This document shows, one piece after another, positions 52,583 to 63,596 of a DNA stretch of 64,000 nt. The stretch lies in assembly GCA_000004985.1 (NCBI GenBank), contig GG738852.1; one strand, written 5' to 3'. The notes beneath the pieces are model-generated. The model ran no database searches and was not told the DNA's origin. It was given only the letters and a program-made list of their open reading frames with translations. Within the stretch, counting starts at the first letter, position 1, and every line of letters starts with the position of its first letter. This stretch comes from Naegleria gruberi. Its lineage: Eukaryota. The position numbers and the translations under genes were made by a program.

Positions 52583-53185
52583 CTATTCAATTTCGCTCTT
52601 CAATTTTTCATAGATTGTCAAGGCTACTGAATCAGAGTCAATCTTATCCTTTCCCTTGCAGAGTGATTTGGCCATTTCCTTATCAACCTCCACGAGAAGA
52701 AGTTTATGTCTCGATTTACCTCCTCTATCTAAAGTTACTCTTGATTTTGAAACTCCCAAAACACCTGATACGTAATCACATAATTCCTTGTTGGCTTCTC
52801 CTTCTTTTGGTGGTGCAGCAATGTGTACTCCAATTTCTTCATCATTAATATTAGCTATTTGACTTGATGAGCTGTTAGGCTTAGCCAATATTGTCAATCG
52901 GATTGAATAGGGTAAATTTGCAGAGGCAATACTAATTGATTTTGGAATGGCAGTGCTGCTGCTACTTGATGAATTGCTACTACTGGCACTGCTGCTACTT
53001 GTTTCCGTCTTTTTCTTAGGAGCCATGATGGTAGTGAATGACGATGAATTAAATCTTTGATATGAACAGTGAGTGTGATATTCTGAGAGTGAACTAATCG
53101 GTGGTGAATAGATTAATGATGATGAGCCAATAATAATATTGTTATGTTTCTGATGAAGATGTCTTATCAAGCCTCTCTTCAACAT
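52583..53185 (-). CDS. DUF167/UPF0235-family (YggU-like) protein. Core CDS probably 52583..53026 (ATG MAPKKK..), with the ORF open to 53185
   Basis: [45 protein letters not shown] matches the DUF167 consensus (V.A.P..G.AN..L...L...L.V.KS.V.L..G..SR.K.L...). The upstream in-frame extension [14 protein letters not shown]... is basic and amphipathic. Confidence 0.65.
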   Translation of the reverse strand: MLKRGLIRHLHQKHNNIIIGSSSLIYSPPISSLSEYHTHCSYQRFNSSSFTTIMAPKKKTETSSSSASSSNSSSSSSTAIPKSISIASANLPYSIRLTILAKPNSSSSQIANINDEEIGVHIAAPPKEGEANKELCDYVSGVLGVSKSRVTLDRGGKSRHKLLLVEVDKEMAKSLCKGKDKIDSDSVALTIYEKLKSEIE

Positions 53186-53676
53186 GAATTATTTTTTCCA
53201 ATTTCTATCAATTAATAAACAATCACGATGAACAATAATTTCATCTTCATCATTTAAAATTCAGTCCAATATATGAGAGTATTAAACCATTTGATTCAGA
53301 AATTAGAATGAGAATAATATTCATCTTTTGATCCGACTAATCGCAATAGAAGACATTAGATTGTAGCACATTTGCAGCGCTGCAATCTTTCGCATCCAAC
53401 GGCTAACAAAAAAACAAGGGAAAATCAAACTCTATCTTCATCAAGTAAATCGGAAATACATCAAAGCCTCCATTAAGAATATTATCATCACCAACAACAA
53501 TTAATTGGATGAATAATAATTAAATAGAATAGTATTAATGAATATTCCTTCCTGGTAATAATATAATTATACAATGCCACCAAATATACCAATAGTTACA
53601 GTCACAACATCGACTACTTTAATTCCCAAACACAGATCATCAGCTGCTGTTCATAATACAAGTGGAGAAGGCTCGG

Positions 53677-55214
53677 ATGAATCACCAATTCCTCATCTCG
53701 ATCACAAGATATCTTCACCATTCCGTACGGATGACGTCGAACAGACAACAACAATTGAATAATAATAACAATGGTCAACAATCATCCTCTCCTAACATGA
53801 TGAATTCGAATAATTCTATATTCTTTGTAATTTGCTTTTGTTATTCATTCTTTTGTTCTGGATTGTCTATTAGCATGATTGGACCTCTATTGCCATCCTT
53901 TGTTGCTCAAATTAATTTATCAAAGTATAGAGAAGGTGACATGACAAAAGTCTCATTAGAGGATTTAGGATTGGTATTTCCGAGCAGAGGTTTAGGAACA
54001 ATGTTGGGAAGCTTGTTAGGAGGATTCTTATTGAATTATTCAATCAAACATTGCTCGAGACAACAACATTTAATTCCACTCTTATTTAGTACTACTGGAG
54101 CTATTTTCATGTTATGTGCAAAAGTTTCATTACTTTTGGCTTCACAAGTTCAAGTTTTTGCAATTATTTACTTTGTAGTTGGTTTTTGTAAGTGATTTAT
54201 TTTACAATTATTGAAATAATCCCAACAATTACAGCACATGGATTAATTAATGTCAGTTCTAGTAGTTATATTTTGGCCAAATTCCCTAAAGAGAAGGTTA
54301 CTTTTTATTTTCAATTATTGAATGCATTGTTTGGATTGGGAGCTGTATTTGGACCATTCTTGACAGCCATAACAAAAAAGTATTATTCTAAATCTATTCA
54401 AACCAATGTAGTTGCAGTAGCTATTCTTTCAGATAGTGCCACTACAAAGGCAATTATTATTACATTAATGCTATTATCTATTTCTATTTTCCTTTATATT
54501 TCCGAGATTAAAAAGACCAAGCCAATCAATTCATCATCACCACAAAAAGAGTCCAATAGTGTCACTAATTGGAGTTCTAGAAATATCAAGATTATTGTAT
54601 TTATTTGTTTGGGAATTGTTTGCGTGACAGGTGTTGAACATGGAGTTGGTGGTACTTTGTATTCTTTTATTCATACAAAGAATTTAACAACAGAATCAGA
54701 GGCCAGTATGATAAATTCATCCTTCTGGCTTTCATTTACATTGGGAAGAATTATTAGCATTTTCCTTTCCTACCACATGAGATCATCATCAATTTTGGTT
54801 ATGGACCTTGTTGGTTCATTATTGAGCTCAGTCCTCTTTTTACTTTTCAATGATAATGTTTCAGCAATATGGGCAGCTACTGTGCTTCTTGGTCTTTCAC
54901 TTTCTTCTCAATATCCAACATTGCTTTCATTCCCTTCCTCATACTTAGACATCAAAGTTTCGAGCATTATCACATCATTATTTATTGTGTGTGGAGGTGT
55001 TGGATCAATGGTATTGCCTTACATTATGATTTCACTTTTCAAGTTGAAGGGACCTGAGAGCATGTTTTATGTCTTGTTCTTTACCCTCATCGTGGTTTCA
55101 TTTATTTATTCATATCTGATTCTTGGTTTCAAAAAGAAGATTCTTGACCCATATTTAGGAGGTATTATTAGCGATACAGTCTATGAAGATGATTCATTAA
55201 AGAGAAGAAAATAA
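53677..55214 (+). CDS. Major facilitator superfamily (MFS) transporter, 2 exons (53677..54187, 54235..55214)
   Basis: Twelve-helix topology across both ORFs. MFS-like segments GLSISMIGPLLPSF and GLVFPSRGLGTMLGSLLGGFLLN. Donor GGTTTTT|GTAAGT (54188) and acceptor CAATTACAG|CA (54234), a 47-nt intron, restore the frame (..VVGF SHGLINVSS..). The ORF-track start at 53662 is GTG; the first ATG is at 53677. Confidence 0.7.
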
Positions 55215-55244
55215 CACGTAATTTTTCACAATTTTAAGAATTGT

Positions 55245-56630
55245 TTAAATGGATGATCTAGAGGATACACTCTTTCTTGATGTTTGATTTTCCATCATGG
55301 CTTCAATAGCTTGCTTTACCTTATTGTATTGATCTGGATTCTTTTCAAAGTACATTTCCAAAACTCTTGGTTCAGTTTTAGTACCTGGCTTAAAGGTGCA
55401 TGTGAGAATTAATGTTTGATTGAGTGTATCTTCTTCAAGTTCCAAAGTATCAGTGGATGAATTATCATCTTTAGAATGTGGAGCAAAAATAAATTCTTGC
55501 TTGGACAAAAATCCAGATCTTCTATTCAAGAGCAAGAGATCTGTGAAAACGTATAAATCTAAAATACCAGTCTTTCCATTTGATCTCTTATAGTTGACTT
55601 CATTGTCTCCCTCAAAATAATAGAGTAATCTTCTGGTTGGAATGAAAAAGTCCTTCAATTTGAAAGTTTCTCCCAATTCCAAGCTCTTATGAATGTTAGA
55701 ATATTCAAGTTGTCTATTATTCAATTCTGATGCAATTTCCTTAATGAGACTCAATGCATTCTCAATCAATACAAATGATTCATCATTATGATCAGTAAAT
55801 TCTTTCAATTGTTGTAATAAGAGTTGATATCTTGGAATTCTCTGAAGTGGCAATACAAGATGTCCATCAATGGTAAAATCTGATGATACAGTAGCCTCAT
55901 CACTCAATTTCTCTGCAATTTTATCCAACATTTTTCTCAATTTTCCATTCTTTTTCTTTTCCTCTTCAAGTGTTGAAACAGCAATTCCATAATTTCCAAT
56001 AAATCTCGTATAAAGTTTAAAAGAGTGAGCATAATGTAACATTAACTTGGCAACAGCTAGACAGGACAATCCATCAACTCCAAAATAAATCTTTTTCAAT
56101 TCTTGGAGGAAATTCTCATTAACACCCTTAATAATAGCAATATCATTAAATATTAAATCAAATGTTTCCTTTTGAAGAATTTCCTTGATTGGTTTCAAAT
56201 AATTTTCTTCCAAAGTTCTCAAACCTTTAACATAGCTCTCTTCAGTGGTCAAAATTTCTTCCAAAATTCGATCTCTTTTCTTTTCGATTGGTGACTTTTC
56301 AATAACCATTTTAATGTCATCAACCATTTCATCATCATTAATTGTTGTATTCATAATTTCATCAAAAATACTTTCATTACTCTTGACTGTTAAACTATCT
56401 TCTCTGGAGTGTTTCTTTGCAGGTGATGATAAATCTTCCTTGATCAAATTGTCAGTTGACATTTTGACTGGCATCTCCTTCTTCACAACTTCGGCTTCTT
56501 GTTCATCAAATAAATTATTATCAGCTTGTTGATTATTGGTTGATGATGTCTCGCTGGCTTGCTTGTAATACATCAAGACACCAGTCACTATCAACACCAG
56601 CACGTAGAATAATACTTCGAGTAATAACAT
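55245..56630 (-). CDS. RhoGEF (Dbl-homology DH domain followed by a PH-like region) with an N-terminal transmembrane anchor, about 461 aa
   Basis: DH start RDRILEEILTTEESYVKGLRTLEENYLKPI and the hallmark LVLPLQRIPRYQLLLQQLKEFT. N-terminal hydrophobic MLLLEVLFYVLVLIVTGVLMYY. First ATG at 56630 (the track start at 56648 is TTG). Confidence 0.75.
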   Translation of the reverse strand: MLLLEVLFYVLVLIVTGVLMYYKQASETSSTNNQQADNNLFDEQEAEVVKKEMPVKMSTDNLIKEDLSSPAKKHSREDSLTVKSNESIFDEIMNTTINDDEMVDDIKMVIEKSPIEKKRDRILEEILTTEESYVKGLRTLEENYLKPIKEILQKETFDLIFNDIAIIKGVNENFLQELKKIYFGVDGLSCLAVAKLMLHYAHSFKLYTRFIGNYGIAVSTLEEEKKKNGKLRKMLDKIAEKLSDEATVSSDFTIDGHLVLPLQRIPRYQLLLQQLKEFTDHNDESFVLIENALSLIKEIASELNNRQLEYSNIHKSLELGETFKLKDFFIPTRRLLYYFEGDNEVNYKRSNGKTGILDLYVFTDLLLLNRRSGFLSKQEFIFAPHSKDDNSSTDTLELEEDTLNQTLILTCTFKPGTKTEPRVLEMYFEKNPDQYNKVKQAIEAMMENQTSRKSVSSRSSI

Positions 56631-56752
56631 TTTTTTCTTCTGCGCCAATTTAATATCCTAAATTTACTTTTAAAGGAAGAAACTTGTCAGCATTCGAATA
56701 ATTGTTATCTGCTTAACCTACCACACGAGTTTGAACTATTTTGGTTATTGAA

Positions 56753-58072
56753 TCAATTTTGAATAAAATTCAAGACACCAGTCATGCATCTCTTGAAATG
56801 TTGTGGAAGAATGTCAGAAATGAGGTGGAATGCATGGATTGGGATTTTTTCTACATGTTTGGAGAGTTTTACGCCACTATTGTTGAGCTTGTTGATGAAT
56901 GATTCAATTTCATCGACAAATCTTTCCCTCTCACTATATGAAATGAATATTCCCTTAGAAATGGTTTGGTTTACAATTTGATTGACACGTTCTTGACTCC
57001 AATAGAATGGAGAGAGATTTCTAGCTCTTTCTTGTTGGTTTAAACCACATGGTACTCCATTGGATTTCCAAGTACGAATTAATTTGTTAGAGATGGCTCT
57101 ATCTTGGTGATCGAGATCCATAATTGAGGAAGTTCCTTTCAGAGTTAAATCCAACCATGGTGAGAAGAGAATGGCTCCTTTCAAAATGGATTTGTAATTC
57201 ATTTCCTGCTCTCCTGTCAAGTTGGCAATCTTTTCACAAAGTAAAAGTCCCAAATTACCTCCAGATGATTCTCCAATAATGTAAATTTCATCCATTTTCT
57301 TTTCATTAACCAACCATTCAAAAGCACGAAATGCTTCCTCAACAATATCTTCAATTTGTGCATGTGGATAGAGTGAATATTCCAATCCTAATAAATTAAT
57401 TCCATTCCTCTTACAAAACTTTTCATAAATGTGACAAGTCCTGGCATTTCCCACAATATAGGCTCCTCCATGTAAATGCAAAAAACAACTTGTACTCTCG
57501 GATTTGTTCTTCTTTTTAAAATTGAAATATAACGACTTGTTTCCTTTCAATAAAACAGGTTGTTCAATCATTGTTTTGAAATTCACCTCCTCACTTGGTA
57601 CATAGAATGGACCAGCAAGCAGTACATGAGGAGAGGCAGGAGATTGTTGCTGAATTTCCAACAAGTCATGAATAATTAATTCCTTTGATTTTGTCTTATC
57701 AATAAAGTAATCATCTACATCGGGATGAGGTTGTGGCTTTCCATTCAATAATTCAAACCACCTCAGGCAAGCCAATTCTCTCGAATCCAATCCTTGCAAG
57801 GCAGCTTTCTTTTTATAAAGTGGTGTATCCTCATCCTCTTCATCATCATCCTCTCCTTCAGTATTATCCATCATCATGATTGGATCTACTCGAGTCTTGT
57901 AAATATTCCTCTCTACAAAATAAAAGGCTTTGAATAAGAGTTGGAGAATTGTGGCTGGAATGGATAATCTAAATAATAACCATGACATGGCAAAGAAAAT
58001 TGCCCAAAATATTATACTGAAAAGAATTAACCATTTAAGCCACCACGGAATTAATTGTACAATATAATTCAT
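56753..58072 (-). CDS. Alpha/beta-hydrolase fold-3 esterase/lipase (arylacetamide-deacetylase/HSL-like) with an N-terminal TM, about 439 aa
   Basis: Oxyanion-hole HGGAY motif (LHLHGGAYIVGN) and nucleophile elbow GESSGGNLG (G-X-S-X-G). N-terminal hydrophobic helices (LIPWWLKWLILFSIIFWAIFFAMSWLLF). First ATG at 58072 (the track start at 58078 is TTG). Confidence 0.7.
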   Translation of the reverse strand: MNYIVQLIPWWLKWLILFSIIFWAIFFAMSWLLFRLSIPATILQLLFKAFYFVERNIYKTRVDPIMMMDNTEGEDDDEEDEDTPLYKKKAALQGLDSRELACLRWFELLNGKPQPHPDVDDYFIDKTKSKELIIHDLLEIQQQSPASPHVLLAGPFYVPSEEVNFKTMIEQPVLLKGNKSLYFNFKKKNKSESTSCFLHLHGGAYIVGNARTCHIYEKFCKRNGINLLGLEYSLYPHAQIEDIVEEAFRAFEWLVNEKKMDEIYIIGESSGGNLGLLLCEKIANLTGEQEMNYKSILKGAILFSPWLDLTLKGTSSIMDLDHQDRAISNKLIRTWKSNGVPCGLNQQERARNLSPFYWSQERVNQIVNQTISKGIFISYSERERFVDEIESFINKLNNSGVKLSKHVEKIPIHAFHLISDILPQHFKRCMTGVLNFIQN

Positions 58073-58549
58073 TTCCAAATGTATTAATTAATAATTATTG
58101 TGATGATGAATTTTTTGTTTTTTTTAAAAAAAATGAATGAACATTATTTTCAACATTTTGTTTTTCATATTGGAGAATGGAGTGATAATTTTGGTGTTAT
58201 TTTAATATTTTTGGAGAATATTGTTAATAATAATTTACAATTTTATCAATTTTTATTTTTTAAACTTTCTTTTTTTGAGGATATGGAAATGAAATATTAT
58301 AATAACTTCCAAATCTTACTAGAATTTTTGAAAACCTGTCATCTAATTCAAATTCACGTAGGTAGCTTATGATACATTTTCAATATTATTGTATCACCAA
58401 CTTTATGGTTATATCTAATCTCCTTGATGATACTTAGATCCTAATGTTTACCAGTGAAATCCTCATCAGCGGATTCCTTATTAGAGTCTTCATCAAGTTG
58501 ATTAGCTTGTTGCAGAATAGATGAAACAGCTTCAAGATGCTTTATTCTC

Positions 58550-58882
58550 TCACCCAAAGAAGTGATGTTGAGCTACCATTATCAGTAACTGGGATGTAAC
58601 TTGACTTGTAGAAGTTGAAGACTTGTTTGCTGAAACTCTTTGACGATGCTTGTGACTATTGGAATGGTATGAGTGATATAGGATAAAGTGGTTAGATTTT
58701 TGATTAAATCTTCTCTTTTGAAAGTTGCCACTACTTTTCTTTGGTCTTTCTTCTCTCAATTTCTCACCTTTCTTAATGGCCTTTTGTTGTTGCTTGGATA
58801 TAATATCATTGATTGTGCCATCAGATTTATAAGTATTGATAAATTCTTTTGCAGCTTCAAAACCACCAGAACCGGCACTCAA
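58550..58882 (-). CDS. Small basic hypothetical protein (110 aa). The C-terminus probably continues in another frame (about 58440-58560) after an unresolved intron or frameshift
   Basis: ORF MSAGSGGFEAAKEFINTYKSDG...KKGEKLREERPKKSS... A second open frame just downstream encodes ..LGERIKHLEAVSSILQQANQLDEDSNKESADEDFTGKH. No clean GT..AG junction was found. Confidence 0.3.
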   Translation of the reverse strand: MSAGSGGFEAAKEFINTYKSDGTINDIISKQQQKAIKKGEKLREERPKKSSGNFQKRRFNQKSNHFILYHSYHSNSHKHRQRVSANKSSTSTSQVTSQLLIMVAQHHFFG

Positions 58883-59620
58883 TTTAATGGCAATACAATT
58901 TAAGTCAGCAATATTCTGTTACATTGTAAATTAATAAAAACAAGATTGAGAACAAGTAATTATACTAATGAATATTAAAGCTCAAAGACTGTTTCACTTT
59001 TATTGATGAAGAATAAGTATGAAAAAATATTCAACTTATATTAAGTTTACAATAAAAACAAATCCATTCTTTACTTCGCTCAGAATTAGACATTATATCC
59101 TCAAATACTACTGCTCTCACTAATTCTTAATCTTAAACAATCTGATTCATCATTTGAGAGATATATCATTATACTCTCGTAAAATACAAGTTGAAAAAAT
59201 TGTAACACTTTAATTATGAGTTAATCAATAATTCAAGAAACCATTGTCTACATATGGAAGAACTAGTGTATTATTATAACAAAATTATTAAAATATTTTA
59301 AAAATTATCCTCAAAAAATAAGTCTCAACATCATGTCTTCATCATTATTAAGACAAAAAAAACCACTACTCCACCCTAAATCGAAAATATCTGTAAGTAT
59401 TGTATTTGCTTAATAAATTGGCTGGATGGTTGAATGAAAAGAGGATAAAATGTATACAATTTGTGTAGTAGAAAAATAAATTCACTGTTTTCAAAATCTG
59501 TTGTCCCATTGTTTTTACAAAAAAATTGATTATTTCAAAAGATTCATTCAAACTATCAATATGAAATACCAAATCAATATTACACATTTTTTTTAATTTT
59601 AAAAAAAAAACAAAATTATC

Positions 59621-61960
59621 ATGTTATCATTTACTTCTATTCAATTACAAAAGAATTTTAATTCCATCCAAGAAAATTTAATGACAAGGAATATACTATT
59701 AACTCCTGGAGAGACGATTCAAATTAATTCTCAAGTATTTTCAGTGAATTTATATTCATCATCGGATCAAAATAATTTAAATGATGAATTTCAAAAATCA
59801 ATTAGTGGACAAGTAGAAAACACAGAATTTATTCAATGTAAAGATCATTTGTTTACAATTGATAATTTATTACACGCTGATGAGTGTAGAGAAATTTTAC
59901 GCATGGAAGATTCCATTTACTTTACACCAATTTCGTCCGAATATCCTGAAGAGTATAGAAATAGCAAACGAATTGTTTATAATGATAAAGAACTTTCACA
60001 GAGATTATGGCGACGATTGAAAAAGTTTCTAGTTGATTGCAATTTCATGAAACCGTATGGTTTAGACACGGATGGATATTGGATTCCAATTGGTGTGAAT
60101 GAATGTTTGAGATTGAGTAAATATGAACCAGGGAATTATTTCAAACCTCACACAGATGGTCAATTTCTCAGAAATGATAATGAGAGAAGTATTTATACTT
60201 TACTAATCTATTTGAACGATGATTTTAAAGGAGGAGAAACCGAATTCTTACAAAGAGTAGATCCAACAGAGGAGTCTATCACCAAATTCAAACATATTTG
60301 TGCAATTAATCCAAGAATGGGATCTGCTGCAATATTTAATCATGAATTGTATCATCAGGGATGTATGGTCACTTCAGGGATCAAGTATATTTTGAGAACT
60401 GAGATAATGTTCAAGAGAATTGATTCAACAGAACAATTGGTGAATAAGAAGAATGATTTGCTTCACAATCAAATTATGAATCTCTTGAAAACAAGTGATG
60501 ATCTAGAAAAGAAAGGTGAAGTGATGGAATCTACCTATTACTATAGAAAAGCACAAGAGCTGTTAATTCAATATGGACATTCCACCTCATTATTGCTGGT
60601 ACCTACCTTTTCCAAGTCAAAAATCAGTTCCGAAGATTATTCTCTGAAAAGTACATTTTCTCAATTACCTGATGAGCTACTCATTCACATTTTCAAATAT
60701 TTGATGGATTGGGAAATTTGCCAACTCATTCTTCCACTCGATAGGTATTTCAATTATATTGGCAGAGACTTACAATTATGGGAATGGATGTATATGAACA
60801 AATGGGGAAATTCTATCACAAATTTATTGAAACAATTTAATGCAAGAAATACTGAGGAACTAAGAGAATTCAATTCACAAGACAATACGAGCTCACTTGA
60901 GGAAACACCAGCTGAGGAACAAGATTGGTTTCATATCTATATTATGAAACGTTATTTTGAAAAGGAATTTGAGCCAGTCTTTATTGATTATGGAAGTAAC
61001 CTATATGCAAACACCTATTTTTCATCAATTGATGGTCCTGTTCAAACTACTTTAACTAAAGTTCTTAGACCTCCAGCCTCTCAGTAAGTATTTCTATAGT
61101 TCATCTAGTTGATGACCATTATTTCAGCTTTTCACTTCCAAGATTTTCTTCTTATGGATTAATGGGAGATAATATTGATAGAGGACGTACTATAGATATG
61201 TTTGATGGTAATGGATTTAAAAAGCATATTCAAGTATTCACCTTTTTAATATACAAGAAAATGAAAAAGAGTTGTCAACGAAATCCACTTGTTGTCAGCT
61301 TGAATTCTAGAGCAATGGTTGACTTTGCAAAGGTCAAGGAAAGTATTTTGAATTTTTTGGTAAGTAGTATTGAAAATTCAACTATTAAATAATGTGAAAT
61401 AGTTCAGAATTCGTATTCCAGCCGTTTGCATTCTTCCAAGATGTTATCTATTGTCAATTTATTATAATCTTCCAACTTGCATAGTAGTGGATATTGGCAA
61501 ATATGATATTTATGTTCATACAGTTATTCAACATGATAAGGATCAAATAGGTACATTACATGCTGAATTTGATATTTATGGATCAAGTATCAACTTGTTC
61601 GAAACAGCTCAATCTACTGAAGAAAAAATCAAGTACATTGAAAATTGTGAAATTACTAAAGCCATTAATCAATTATTAGATCAGCATCCAAAAGAACTGA
61701 GAGCAGAATTGTTGGATAATATTATTTTCTCTGGAAATCTTGTGGAAATGGAATCATTATCAGACGTTCAACATGAAAGGAATCAAATTCTTAACATGTT
61801 CAATTCACCACATTCCACCTATCGAGTGAAACATCAAACGAGTGGTGAGGAGGCCATTCAGTCAGCCATTAATTTCTCAAAACTTCCAAACTTTAAAGAT
61901 TATTGCTCTTTCTGGTTTGATTGTGAAAAGATTGTTGAGTCAAAAGACACATTTATTTAA
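59621..61960 (+). CDS. Tri-domain protein: 2OG-Fe(II) oxygenase (prolyl-4-hydroxylase-like), F-box and actin-related protein (Arp). About 750 aa, 3 exons (59621..61083, 61128..61359, 61403..61960)
   Basis: Oxygenase HxD...H triad region: YFKPHTDGQF...SIYTLLIYLNDDFKGGETEFL...AIFNHELYHQG. F-box: LPDELLIHIFKYLMDWEICQLILPLDRYF. Actin fold begins in exon 1 (PVFIDYGSNLYANTYFSSIDGP ~ actin [21 protein letters not shown]) and continues through exon 2 (KHIQVFTFLIYKK..RNPLVVSLNSRAM ~ [34 protein letters not shown]) and exon 3 (LLSIYYNLPTCIVVDIG ~ VLSLYASGRTTGIVLDSG; RAELLDNIIFSGNLVEMESL ~ [20 protein letters not shown]; C-terminus ..HSTYRVKHQTSGEEAIQSAINFSKL). Introns GTAAGT..TTTCAG (44 nt) and GTAAGT..AAATAG (43 nt) keep the frame. 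Confidence 0.55.
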
Positions 61961-62138
61961 TTTGGATATTTGAAAGTGGAACTGTGTTTATTTCAGTAAG
62001 GATGAACAGTTTCTTTAGTCTTTTTTCAACATTCGTCTCACTAATTTTAACAGCGCTTAATTTGGTAAACAGTAAAAAACCTGCCCTTAGAGATACAATT
62101 AGAGCAGAGCACTACTTATATGCATATACAAGAAAAAT

Positions 62139-62489
62139 ATGTCTCAACTCATGGTTCGAAGCTATTCATTCCTCCTGTTGATGATGCTCTTGAGTGCAGT
62201 ATTGATGATGTTCATCTCAGCAGCATCACCAATGAATGCTCAATCCACCAGAGCATCCAATGTTCTTTCATTATTGAATGAAAAGAAGGAACAATTAGAG
62301 AAGGTAAATAATGGCTTGTCGGAAACGAGCTTGTTGATGATTGCAAGCAAGAGGGAACAATCTTCCCCTCTCTACACTGCCTACAGTGAGGAAAAGAATA
62401 GAATTTATAATGTATTGGTAGCAACAAAGGCAGAATTGGAATATGAAGTTCAACTTCCTTCAAAAATTATACAATTCATCGATCAATGA
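62139..62489 (+). CDS. Hypothetical ORF with a signal-peptide-like N-terminus (116 aa), overlapping the start of the TLDc gene in another frame. It may be the true N-terminus if a frameshift is present
   Basis: MSQLMVRSYSFLLLMMLLSAVLMMFISAASP... The frame differs by +1 from the 62443 ORF, and no canonical intron joins them. Confidence 0.25.
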   Translation: MSQLMVRSYSFLLLMMLLSAVLMMFISAASPMNAQSTRASNVLSLLNEKKEQLEKVNNGLSETSLLMIASKREQSSPLYTAYSEEKNRIYNVLVATKAELEYEVQLPSKIIQFIDQ

Positions 62490-63540
62490 ATCAACAACCT
62501 CAACAACAAGTGAAGCAGATTTGAAAAAGCAGATGAAACTTGAGCAAGAAGCTGCTGCTGTCAAGAAAGTAGAACAAGAAAGAAAATTGAAAGAGGAACA
62601 GGAAAAGAAGATTAAGGAAGAACAAGAAAAGAAACTGAAATTAGAACAAGAAGCTACTGTTGTTGCTGCCAAGAAAGCAGAACAAGAAAAGAAGATTAAG
62701 GAAGAACAAGAGAGAAAACTCAAAGCTGCTGAAGAAGAAGAAAGAAAGTTGAAAGAAGAAGCTGCTAAAAAAGCTGAACAAGAGAAAAAACTGAAAGAAG
62801 AACAAGAAAAGAAATTGAAATTAGAACAAGAAGCTGCTGCTGTCAAGAAAGCAGAACAAGAAAGAATTCAAAAGGAAGAGCAAGCGAGAAAAGCACTCGA
62901 ACTTGAAAGAAAGGCAGAACAAGAAAGAAAGGCCAAGGAAGAAAAAAGAATCCAAGAAGAAAGAGATAGATTAATCCCAACTATTGGTGAATTGGTCGAT
63001 TCTGATTTATTGACACCTTCTCAATCTGAAAGATTTATGAAAGAAATCATGAAAGGAGTCAACCAACAATTACCTCACAGAATTTGGAAAGCCAAGAAGC
63101 ACGGCTCATCAATTGCTAATTTCCATGCTACATGTGATAACATGGGACCAACCATTGTGTTGGCCAAGACTAGAAATGGAGCTGTATTTGGAGCCTATTC
63201 AAAGATTTCATATTCCCTATCAGGTGATTATGTTTCTGATCCAGCTGCTTTTATGTTTAGTTTGATTTCGGCTGAGGGAGAACAAAGATTTGTCAAGTTG
63301 ACCCAAACACCACAAATTGTTGATGGAAAACAAACTTATCCAACTTCAAAGATTCATAACGCAAATCATTTGATTACTTTTGGAGGTGGTTATGACTTGC
63401 TCATATCAGACAATACTGTTAGCTTGAGTTCTTCCCTTGTTTGTCATACTTATTGTGCTCCACAAGTTACAAATCCAAAGACTTACCTTGCTGGTGAAAG
63501 AACATTTATGATTGACGATTTTGAAGTTTATAGAGTTTAA
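62443..63540 (+). CDS. Coiled-coil (E/K-repeat) protein with a C-terminal TLDc domain, 365 aa
   Basis: TLDc motifs: HRIWKAKKHGSSIANFHATCDNMGPTIVLAKTRNGAVFGAYSKISYS...AAFMFSL...FGGGYDLLISDN...FMIDDFEVYRV (compare OXR1/NCOA7 TLDc: LLYRGSRDGFSASDFHSKCDNKGPTLTLIKTENGYIFGGYT). N-terminal 160 aa are KKAEQEKKLKEEQEKKLKLEQEAAAV-type repeats. Confidence 0.7.
   Translation: MKFNFLQKLYNSSINESTTSTTSEADLKKQMKLEQEAAAVKKVEQERKLKEEQEKKIKEEQEKKLKLEQEATVVAAKKAEQEKKIKEEQERKLKAAEEEERKLKEEAAKKAEQEKKLKEEQEKKLKLEQEAAAVKKAEQERIQKEEQARKALELERKAEQERKAKEEKRIQEERDRLIPTIGELVDSDLLTPSQSERFMKEIMKGVNQQLPHRIWKAKKHGSSIANFHATCDNMGPTIVLAKTRNGAVFGAYSKISYSLSGDYVSDPAAFMFSLISAEGEQRFVKLTQTPQIVDGKQTYPTSKIHNANHLITFGGGYDLLISDNTVSLSSSLVCHTYCAPQVTNPKTYLAGERTFMIDDFEVYRV
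62530..62960 (+). repeat. Imperfect tandem repeats of about 80-105 nt encoding E/K-rich coiled-coil units (GAACAAGAAAAGAA / AAGAAGCTGCTGCTGTCAAGAAAG motifs)
   Basis: Three to four recognisable copies at nucleotide level (e.g. 62521-62650 vs 62821-62880, with identical 'ttagaacaagaagctgctgctgtcaagaaag'). Confidence 0.55.
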
Positions 63541-63596
63541 ATTAATACACATTCGAAATATCTTTGTGAAATTTTGTTTGTATTATAGAATGTAAT

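Noticed and set aside
21311-58078. ORF-track start codons at 21311, 21150, 35377, 53662, 56648, 58078, 20664 and 52196
   Set aside because: On inspection these are TTG or GTG codons. I moved starts to the first in-frame ATG where one exists (21314, 21135, 35476, 53677, 56630, 58072), or treated the ORF as an internal exon.
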